The position numbers were made by a program, and so were the translations under genes. Positions 10,439 through 17,293 of a DNA stretch of 64,000 nt are shown piece by piece. The notes beneath the pieces were generated by a model that did not search any database, was not told the origin of the DNA, and saw only the letters and a list, made by a program, of their open reading frames with translations. The stretch's first letter is position 1; each line of letters opens with the position of its first letter. Source of the DNA: Eubacteriales bacterium (GTDB lineage: Bacteria; Bacillota; Clostridia; Lachnospirales; Lachnospiraceae); NCBI GenBank assembly GCA_030525875.1, contig JAUNDV010000007.1, forward strand, positions 1,766-65,765, read 5' to 3'.

Positions 10439-10903
10439 TTAAAGTAGTGATACAGCTACCTTGACTACGACCTTGCGGATCTTCTCTGGATTTCCTGCCG
10501 CAACTGCCGGACGATGTACATCAGTAGGGAAGAAAATGCTGTAGCAGCCCGGAACGGCCTCTATAAATCCTTCATTTTCAACTGACTTATAGAAAATAAG
10601 GTCTCTCTCGTCTATTCTTTCATCTACTTCATACTTGCCTGTGTCTACAGAAAAGCCGATTCTCTCTCTGCCCTTTGCGAGGAATTGTACATCTACGTAT
10701 TTCTCGTGAACCTCTGGTCTCTTGGTCTCTGCTGCTGCGGTCTCTGCATCAAAAACCTGTGCAAATATTTCTTTGCCCTGAATCTCGTAAACGCCTGCTT
10801 CCATTGCATTGAAGTCATTTGCCTTGAGATATTCTATAGCCTTCTGTATTGCCTTTGGATAATGAGCTATGTCATCTCCATTATATATTGATGAGAAAAT
10901 CAT
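10439..10903 (-). CDS. YhcH/YjgK/YiaL family (DUF386) protein, copy 1
   Basis: 154 aa. Has the family-typical PEVHEKYVDVQF and FFPTDVHRP motifs. Paralog of the gene at 12120-12593. Confidence 0.8.
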   Translation of the reverse strand: MIFSSIYNGDDIAHYPKAIQKAIEYLKANDFNAMEAGVYEIQGKEIFAQVFDAETAAAETKRPEVHEKYVDVQFLAKGRERIGFSVDTGKYEVDERIDERDLIFYKSVENEGFIEAVPGCYSIFFPTDVHRPAVAAGNPEKIRKVVVKVAVSLL

Positions 10904-10946
10904 GATTAATTATCTCTCCTATGTTTGAATTGTGTATTTATATTTA

Positions 10947-11058
10947 GGAAGGAATGCATTTTCCTTAATTTACTGGATAGGTCTGCATTTTCCTTAATTT
11001 ATTGGATTGGTCTGCATTTTTTAATTGCCTGGAAGGAATTTCATTTTCCTTAAAATTA
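10947..11058. repeat. Four tandem units of about 28-29 bp (GGAAGGAATGCATTTTCCTTAATTTACT-like)
   Basis: Units start near 10947, 10975, 11004 and 11031. Each contains AAGGAA..TTCCTT or a degenerate version. The last unit overlaps the stop codon of the Ldh_2 gene (11056-11058). Confidence 0.8.
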
Positions 11059-12060
11059 CATGGCAAGAACTGCGTTCCACTTATCCTCGATTACAGGAAT
11101 TCCATTTTCCTTATTGTCATTTCTTGTATTGATTTCAAGCTCGCCAGGATAGTAAACTGTTCCACCCTCTGTTGCTGGCTCTGATGACTTGATGTAATTA
11201 ACAAGCTCATCAATGATATGATCTGTTGTCTCGTCAGAGTTGAACTTTGTAGGATCAATAGCGATCATAATCTGTGAAAGTCCGATCTCATCTCCAAATG
11301 TTCCGATCTTCTGAACTGAGTTTGCATTTGTAAGAACAGTTGCGATAAGATCAAGTAAGATTGAGATTCCGCTTCCCTTCCAGTATCCCATTGGAAGAAC
11401 TCTCCATGTCTTCTCAATAGCTGCTGGATCTGTTGTAAGATTTCCATTCTCGTCATATCCTCCAGGTATTGGAAGCTGCTGTCCTTTGAGCTTAGCCTCT
11501 TCAATCTTTCCATACGAGAACTGTGATACAGCGCAATCAACTACAACGTGGTTTCCATTGCTCTTAGGTACTGCGAAAATAATTGGGTTATTTCCTATTC
11601 TTCTGTCCTTAGCTCCCCATGCTGGCATGTTTGGCATAGTGTTTGACCAGCATATTCCAATGCAGCCCCTGTTAGCTGCCTGCCATCCGTAGCTTCCACC
11701 TCTCATCCAGTGGTTGTTGTTGCCAAGTGCAACAAGTCCGATACCGTACTGATTTGCAAGATCACAAGCTCTGTCCATTGCCTGCTTTGCATTAAGTGGT
11801 CCAAATCCACGGTGTCCATTCCAACGCTCAATAGCACCTAATGAAAGCTCGCAGGTTGCTACTACCTCAGGATCAATCTCGCCCTTGTCAAGGTATTCTA
11901 CAACTCTAGGAAAACGATTAAGTCCATGACTGTAAATACCATCTAAGCTGTTCTGAGCGAAAACTGTAGCTGCATCTGCTGCATTCTTCTCTGAAAATCC
12001 TCTGCTTTCAAGAACTCTTTTGAACTCTTTTACCATGTCATCATACTTTATTCTAAGCAT
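11056..12060 (-). CDS. yiaK: Ldh_2-family dehydrogenase, YiaK/DlgD-like (3-dehydro-L-gulonate 2-dehydrogenase / 2,3-diketo-L-gulonate reductase)
   Basis: 334 aa. As far as I recall the E. coli YiaK sequence, these blocks match it: YSHGLNRFPR, GIGLVALGNNNHWMRGGSYGWQAA, IGICWSNTMPNMPAWGAK, RIGNNP, FSYGKIEEAKLKGQQLP, GNLTTDPAAIEK, LPMGYWKGSGISILLDLIATVL. The context is also yia-like (YiaL-like genes plus a TRAP transporter). Confidence 0.8.
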   Translation of the reverse strand: MLRIKYDDMVKEFKRVLESRGFSEKNAADAATVFAQNSLDGIYSHGLNRFPRVVEYLDKGEIDPEVVATCELSLGAIERWNGHRGFGPLNAKQAMDRACDLANQYGIGLVALGNNNHWMRGGSYGWQAANRGCIGICWSNTMPNMPAWGAKDRRIGNNPIIFAVPKSNGNHVVVDCAVSQFSYGKIEEAKLKGQQLPIPGGYDENGNLTTDPAAIEKTWRVLPMGYWKGSGISILLDLIATVLTNANSVQKIGTFGDEIGLSQIMIAIDPTKFNSDETTDHIIDELVNYIKSSEPATEGGTVYYPGELEINTRNDNKENGIPVIEDKWNAVLAM

Positions 12061-12119
12061 TTGTCTTACTCCTTTTCATACTTCATAAAGTGTATTATTT
12101 GTTAAAATGTGCTGTTTTG

Positions 12120-12593
12120 TTAAAGTGTATCTAAAGCAATCTTGATAACTACTTTTTTTACTCTTTCTGGTTCATTTACCTGACAAAATGGACGGTGAAC
12201 ATCCTCTGGGAAGAATACTGCATAAGTTCCCGGTGTCATGAGAAGCATTTTCTCCTCTGAATTAGGATTTTCCTTGTAGTAGATGGTATCCTTCTCGTCC
12301 AGACAATCCATAAGTAGTTCATTGTCTCCCTTATCTGGATAAAATCCCATCAGCTCTGAGCCTTCTGCCATAAACTGGAGCTCTGCGTACTTCCTATGTA
12401 CTTCAGGAAGCTTCTTTTCCTTTGCTTCGGTAATTCTGTCGCATATCAAAATGATAAAATCTTCGCCATTAAGCTCTATCCTGCTCTCGCCCATCTTCGA
12501 TACATCAGTCTCACGGCAATAGCTTATGGCCTCTCTGATTGGCTTTGCATAGGCAGCTTCTGTTTCTTTTGCAAAAATATTACCAAATATCAT
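12120..12593 (-). CDS. YhcH/YjgK/YiaL family (DUF386) protein, copy 2
   Basis: 157 aa. Has PEVHRKYAELQF and FFPEDVHRP motifs. First gene of the minus-strand string. Confidence 0.8.
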   Translation of the reverse strand: MIFGNIFAKETEAAYAKPIREAISYCRETDVSKMGESRIELNGEDFIILICDRITEAKEKKLPEVHRKYAELQFMAEGSELMGFYPDKGDNELLMDCLDEKDTIYYKENPNSEEKMLLMTPGTYAVFFPEDVHRPFCQVNEPERVKKVVIKIALDTL

Positions 12594-12675
12594 ATGCGCT
12601 CCCCCATTTTGCGGTTTATCGATTTTGCGGATAACTTGTTAGTTGTGCTTTAGTTTTAAGTTACTTCTATGTTTC

Positions 12676-12687
12676 GCAATCGATTGC
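12676..12687. promoter_or_regulatory. Perfect 12-bp palindrome GCAATCGATTGC, a LacI-family operator-like site
   Basis: Read directly from the sequence. Lies 13 nt downstream of the predicted -10 box of the sugar-acid operon promoter, and a LacI-family repressor is encoded about 0.5 kb upstream. Confidence 0.5.
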
Positions 12688-12700
12688 ATTTCATGTTTTT

Positions 12701-12729
12701 ATGATAGCATATGACTATTTTGTTTTCAA
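12701..12729 (-). promoter_or_regulatory. Candidate sigma-A promoter of the YiaL/YiaK/TRAP gene string
   Basis: Minus strand reads TTGAAA (12724-12729), a 17-nt spacer, then TATCAT (12701-12706). Confidence 0.45.
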
Positions 12730-12800
12730 GTAGAACCTTATTGTCTTTTTATACATTCTTTATACTATGTTTTTGTGGAGTTTCAACAAATGTTGAGCTT

Positions 12801-13163
12801 GTAGTACAAAAGCTTGCTACTAAGGTGGGGTGAGTGTACCTTTTTACGCTTATGTAAACATTTTTATGTACAAACTTACCTCTTCAGAGGGGCGCTTTGT
12901 ACCTTTTTCCCTTACTTTTGCCACTTTAGGTACAAAAGTTTGTATTTCAGGCAGGTTTTTGTACCTATCTCAGTTTGTGCAAACGTTTATAGGTACAAAC
13001 TAGCCTCTGGCGAAGGGTGTTTTGTACCTTTCTACCATTATGTAAACGTTTATAGGTACAAACTAGCTTTTCAGAAGGGTGTTTTGTACCTAATCCCACT
13101 TGTGTAAACCTTTATAGGTACAAACTACATTTCCAAGTACAAACGACATTTTCATGTACAAAC
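12801..13163. repeat. Hairpin-repeat array A: five units with a 62-63 bp period (TTTGTACC-N22-25-GGTACAAA plus spacer), then extra GTACAAAC half-sites
   Basis: TTTGTACC or its variant occurs at 12833, 12896, 12958, 13021 and 13083, each paired with a downstream GGTACAAA. The array is homologous to array B at 16850-17162. Confidence 0.85.
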
Positions 13164-13214
13164 TGAACTCTGTTTCTCAAGCCAGTATCCTGAGAGTGAT
13201 ATTTTGAATTATCC

Positions 13215-14207
13215 TCACGTGCTTTCTCTTTCCTTTATTTCGCACTTAAAGTTGATAACATTGTTCTGGACCTCGCCGTCCAGGCCTTTGATCAGGAGGT
13301 CTGCGGCTGCCTTACTTATCTCATACAGCTTGTTATCAAGGGTTGTGAGTTTTGGCTGTGAAATCTCTCCATATACACTGCTGTCCACTCCAATCATGGC
13401 AATGTCATCTGGAACTCTATATCCCAAATCATGTGCTGCCCTTATACCTCCAACAGCTATAAGGTCTATGGAATATATTATGCCGTCAACATCAGGATGC
13501 TCTTTTATGATTTTCATTGTCGTATCATAACCTGACTGATGGTTACTATCTTCGGTAGTATATAAAAGCAGCTCTTCATCTGAAAAACCGTGTTCATGCA
13601 TTCCATCTATATAACCATTTTGCTTATTCAGGTTGGACGGTGAAAGAGAATCCAGTACGAAGGCTATCTTTTTCCTTTTCTTCTTCACAAAATAATCGAC
13701 GCAATCTCTGATTCCGCCGTATTCATCTACTACTACACCTGATACATTGTGGAGAGGAAATTTTCCATTTACTATTACAACTGGTATGGTTGGAAGATAT
13801 TGCTCTATACATGCCTTGACCGCTTCAGTCATGAACATTGAACCCATGAGAACAATGCCTTCTACTCTTCTCTGCTCCAGCAATCTGATAAATTCTGTCT
13901 TTTTTTCATCTGTTGGCCCTGTCCCCATAATGATGGCGCAATATCCCCTCTTTGTAAGCTCCTGCTCCATATAAAATGCACCATCCACGTGGTGGGCAAC
14001 TCGTAAGTCTACTATGAGTATGCCTACCATCTTGGTTGATTTTTTTACAAGTCCTCTCGCTGCTATATCCGGAGTATAATTATATTTTTTTAGAAGCTCC
14101 TGTATCCTTTCTCTTGTTTCTGCTTTTATTCCCGGTTTATTATTAATTACCCTGGAAACCGTACTTGCTGCGACCCCAGCTTCCCTGGCAATGTCATAAA
14201 TTGTCAT
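13215..14207 (-). CDS. LacI-family transcriptional regulator
   Basis: 330 aa. N-terminal HTH MTIYDIAREAGVAASTVSRVINNKPGIKAETRERI followed by a periplasmic-binding-protein-like sugar-binding core. Confidence 0.9.
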   Translation of the reverse strand: MTIYDIAREAGVAASTVSRVINNKPGIKAETRERIQELLKKYNYTPDIAARGLVKKSTKMVGILIVDLRVAHHVDGAFYMEQELTKRGYCAIIMGTGPTDEKKTEFIRLLEQRRVEGIVLMGSMFMTEAVKACIEQYLPTIPVVIVNGKFPLHNVSGVVVDEYGGIRDCVDYFVKKKRKKIAFVLDSLSPSNLNKQNGYIDGMHEHGFSDEELLLYTTEDSNHQSGYDTTMKIIKEHPDVDGIIYSIDLIAVGGIRAAHDLGYRVPDDIAMIGVDSSVYGEISQPKLTTLDNKLYEISKAAADLLIKGLDGEVQNNVINFKCEIKEREST

Positions 14208-14262
14208 TTTCTGTCTCCCTATCGCAAGGTAAAAATTCTTGCCACTACATTATATTTTCAGA

Positions 14263-14961
14263 TTAATATCTTGTGATATCCATGGAAAGTGGCGCCATAA
14301 GGTGCTTTATCATGATCTTATACGCCAGATCCCCATCCCCATTTTTTAAATACTCGTATATCTTCAAATGCTCTTCAAACGTCTCTTCTGTTCTTCCCGG
14401 TACGGAAAGAGCCTCTCTTGTCGTAAGCTGGATCATATACATGGATCTTTGAAAAATCTTGTGAAATTCTCCATTTTCAGCATAGTCTATAAGTGCAAAA
14501 TGAAATTGATGATCATAATCCATGAATTTGTTCAGAGCATCCTTGCTGTAATTATTATTTATCATATTTTCCTTGCTTGGACCATCGGTGCTGTATAGAG
14601 CTTTCTTCTGCTTATCCAGAAGCTTCTCCATAGTGTTCAGAAGCTTCTGCGCTTTCTTTGAGCTAATCTCTTCTGCAAGCTTATATACACTAAAGCCTTC
14701 TATAGCGCAGCGGATCTGTATGCACTCCCGCATGTCATCTTCACTTAGCTTCCTAAGCATAAATCCCTTGCTAGGTACCACAATAATATATCCATCCTGA
14801 CTCAGGCACTGTATTGCCTCTCTCATAGGCGTTCTGGAAACACCAATATCAGCTGCCATCTTTGTCTCCGAATACAATATATCCGGATCCAGCTTTTCAT
14901 TTAGGATCATTTCCTTCAAATAATCATAAGCCTGAGTCTGTAAAGGACTTTTTTTAGCCAT
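14263..14961 (-). CDS. GntR-family (FadR/FCD subfamily) transcriptional regulator
   Basis: Winged-helix segment LYSETKMAADIGVSRTPMREAIQCLSQDGYIIVVPSKGFML plus an all-helical FCD-like C-terminus. I chose the start at MAKKSPL (AAGGAGAATAAA precedes the ATG). The track ORF begins six codons earlier. Confidence 0.85.
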   Translation of the reverse strand: MAKKSPLQTQAYDYLKEMILNEKLDPDILYSETKMAADIGVSRTPMREAIQCLSQDGYIIVVPSKGFMLRKLSEDDMRECIQIRCAIEGFSVYKLAEEISSKKAQKLLNTMEKLLDKQKKALYSTDGPSKENMINNNYSKDALNKFMDYDHQFHFALIDYAENGEFHKIFQRSMYMIQLTTREALSVPGRTEETFEEHLKIYEYLKNGDGDLAYKIMIKHLMAPLSMDITRY

Positions 14962-15060
14962 TTTATTCTCCTTCATCATCTAAATATCTACCAAAATTAT
15001 TTAGAAAAGTATTATTTTTATAATATATGAAAATAGTTTTAAAGTCAATTAAAAAGGCTC

Positions 15061-15089
15061 TTGACCGGTATACCAGTATACTGTATAAT
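15061..15089 (+). promoter_or_regulatory. Candidate promoter of the cyclase/PanE-like operon, with a GntR-type operator in the spacer
   Basis: TTGACC (15061-15066), a 17-nt spacer, then TATAAT (15084-15089). The spacer GGTATACCAGTATACTG contains two 8-bp palindromes, GGTATACC and AGTATACT (GT..AC type). The region is divergent from the GntR gene. Confidence 0.55.
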
Positions 15090-15148
15090 CCAGATATAAA
15101 CGAAAATAATTACAGTTTTTAATATTTTATAAACAGGAGGTATTTTTT

Positions 15149-15835
15149 ATGGAGCCAGTATATGAATTAAACGGTCTTAGAGTTGTTGATTTAACAAAGG
15201 TATTAGATCCTGCAACAGAGAGCCGTCGTTGTCATCTTATCCGTTATAACACAGGCGGATCTATCCCTGATTTCCACACAGCACTTGATCTTACAAGCCA
15301 TCTTGGAACACATTGCGAGTGCCCTTATCATCATTTTGAGGACGGAAAGTCAGTAGGAGATCTTCCTCTTACAACATTTATGGGAAGAGCAATATATGTA
15401 GTTATTGATTTCCTCGAGCCAAATGCTCACATCAGCGCAGCTGATCTTGACCGTGCCTGTGGAGACCGTATTAAGGAAGGCGATATCGTAATCCTTGACA
15501 GCAACTGGAAGTTCCCTCCTTTCACTCCTCTCACAAACAGTCCAGAGGACAAGCGTCTCTTTATCGGTGAGGAGTCAGCTATATGGTTCCGTGACCACAA
15601 GGTTAAGTGCGTAGGCTTTGGAGATGGCGTTTCAATTGAAAACTGCAATGAAGACGTTAAGCCATTCCATGACATTCTTATGGCAAACGACATCGTTTTC
15701 CTTGAGGTTCTTAAGAATCTTGAGCATCTCAAGAAGGATACCTTCTTCATGTCATATGCAGCACTTCCTATCGTTGGCGCAGATTCATGTCCTGTACGTG
15801 CATATGCAATCGAAGGAATCGAACAGTTCTCATGA
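15149..15835 (+). CDS. Cyclase-family (kynurenine formamidase-like) metal-dependent hydrolase
   Basis: 228 aa. HLGTHCECPYHH corresponds to the HxGTHxDxPxH signature of the putative-cyclase family, with E replacing the usual D. Confidence 0.65.
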   Translation: MEPVYELNGLRVVDLTKVLDPATESRRCHLIRYNTGGSIPDFHTALDLTSHLGTHCECPYHHFEDGKSVGDLPLTTFMGRAIYVVIDFLEPNAHISAADLDRACGDRIKEGDIVILDSNWKFPPFTPLTNSPEDKRLFIGEESAIWFRDHKVKCVGFGDGVSIENCNEDVKPFHDILMANDIVFLEVLKNLEHLKKDTFFMSYAALPIVGADSCPVRAYAIEGIEQFS

Positions 15836-15905
15836 TAATATAATAAGCTTTATGGCTCTGGTGAAATATCCAGAGCCTGTATTTTAAGAAGAGAGGTATA
15901 AACTC

Positions 15906-16823
15906 ATGAAAATAGCAGTAATTGGTGCTGGCGCTATGGGCTCTATCTATGGCGGACACTTATCTCTTAACAATGAAGTTTATCTTGTTGATACAAACCA
16001 GTCTGTCGTGGATGCTATCAACAGTAATGGACTTATCATTCAGGAAAATGGCGAGGACGTAATTTACCATCCTACAGCTGTTACAAATACAGCAGGACTT
16101 CCTCATATGGATCTCATCATTTTATTTGTAAAGGCTTTATTTTCAGAGGTCGCTTTAAATGGAAATAAAGGCCTGATTGGACCTGATACATATTTGATGA
16201 CTCTGCAAAATGGCTCTGGCCACGAGGACATTCTTTCCAAATTTGTTGATGAAGATCATATAATTATTGGTACTACTGAGGATAATGGAGCAGTTCTTGC
16301 AACTGGACATGTACGCCGTGGCGGAGTTGGAAATACAAATATCGGCATGCTTGTAGAGGACAAGAACATTTTCCTGCCTAAGCTTAAAGATACGCTTGAT
16401 GCCTGTGGCTTCCATGGATTTATCCATGAAAATATCCAGCAACTTATTTGGAACAAGCTTTTTACAAATGTTTCTCTTAGTGCTGTAACTGGAGTTCTAC
16501 AGGTTCCTATCGGATACATTGCCTCAAATGAATATGCCTGGGCTCTTACAAAGAAGCTTATTCATGAAGCTGTCGAAGTTGCCCACGGACTTGGTCTTGA
16601 AGCTGATGAAGCAGAGATCACCGAGAAGGTTCGCCTTACCTCAGTTAATTCTCCTGAGGGCATAACCTCTATATGTGCAGACATAAGAGCTGGCAGAAAG
16701 ACAGAAGTCAATACCATCAGTGGCTCAGTAGTCAGAGCTTCCAAAAAATGTAACGTTCCTGCTCCTACACATGAGCTTGTGGTGGAAATTATTCATGCGT
16801 TAGAAGGAAGAGAGAGGGGATAA
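15906..16823 (+). CDS. 2-dehydropantoate 2-reductase family (PanE/ApbA-like) oxidoreductase
   Basis: 305 aa. N-terminal Rossmann motif MKIAVIGAGAMGSIYGG, the family-typical LQNG and WNKLFTN(V)S blocks, and a C-terminal helical domain. The physiological substrate cannot be inferred. Confidence 0.75.
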   Translation: MKIAVIGAGAMGSIYGGHLSLNNEVYLVDTNQSVVDAINSNGLIIQENGEDVIYHPTAVTNTAGLPHMDLIILFVKALFSEVALNGNKGLIGPDTYLMTLQNGSGHEDILSKFVDEDHIIIGTTEDNGAVLATGHVRRGGVGNTNIGMLVEDKNIFLPKLKDTLDACGFHGFIHENIQQLIWNKLFTNVSLSAVTGVLQVPIGYIASNEYAWALTKKLIHEAVEVAHGLGLEADEAEITEKVRLTSVNSPEGITSICADIRAGRKTEVNTISGSVVRASKKCNVPAPTHELVVEIIHALEGRERG

Positions 16824-16849
16824 GAGATAATAAAGAGAAAGAAACGGGA

Positions 16850-17162
16850 GAAGGAAAAATACTCTGGGGAGGAAACGTCACTCTAGGATAGAGAAAGATA
16901 CTCTAAGGCGAGGAAAGATACTCTGGGGAGGTCTTTGTACCTTTTCCGGCTTGTGTAAACGTTTTTAGGTACAAACTTAACTCTGGTGAGGGTTGGTTTG
17001 TACCTTTTTTTTTCTTTAAGAGGGTTTAGGTACAAAAATTTGCATTTTAGGCAGGTTTTTGTACCTATCTACGCTTATGTAAACGTTTCTAGGTACAAAC
17101 TTGCTTCCCAGATGATGATTTTGTACCTATTACCGCATGTGTAAACCTTTATAGGTACAAAC
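16850..17162. repeat. Hairpin-repeat array B: four spacer-only units of about 21 bp (GAAAGATACTCTGGGGAGG-like), then four hairpin units with a 61-63 bp period
   Basis: TTTGTACC occurs at 16934, 16997, 17058 and 17120, each paired with GGTACAAA. Units 2-3 and the last unit align closely with array A, in the same orientation. Confidence 0.85.
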
Positions 17163-17240
17163 ACTAATCCATCAAATATTAATCTGCTTACTCTGCTTAA
17201 AAAGTAATTACACATATTAAAATTTTCATTTTACACACAG

Positions 17241-17272
17241 AAAAAAGAGCTTTCCATACGGAAAGCTCTTTC
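17241..17272 (-). terminator. Rho-independent terminator of tuf
   Basis: Minus strand reads AAAGAGCTTTCC-GTAT-GGAAAGCTCTTT followed by TTTTCT. Confidence 0.85.
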
Positions 17273-17293
17273 TATATAGTAAATTATGAAAAA

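Noticed and set aside
12814-13107. 97-aa plus-strand ORF from the track
   Set aside because: It lies entirely within the hairpin-repeat array. Its repetitive peptide is a by-product of the DNA repeats, and it has no RBS.
12801-13163. Possible CRISPR array (regularly spaced ~62-bp periodic repeats), and likewise 16850-17162
   Set aside because: The repeats are imperfect palindromic hairpins that differ from unit to unit. The inter-repeat spacers are themselves conserved between the two arrays. No cas genes or leader are present. The pattern fits a REP/BIME-like element better than CRISPR.
12801-17162. Integron-like cassette with attC sites, or a MITE/transposon bounded by the arrays
   Set aside because: There is no integrase or transposase in the window. 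The hairpin ends (TTTGTACC/GGTACAAA) do not fit the attC R''/R' RYYYAAC/GTTRRRY cores. The two arrays are direct rather than inverted repeats, and no target-site duplication is visible.
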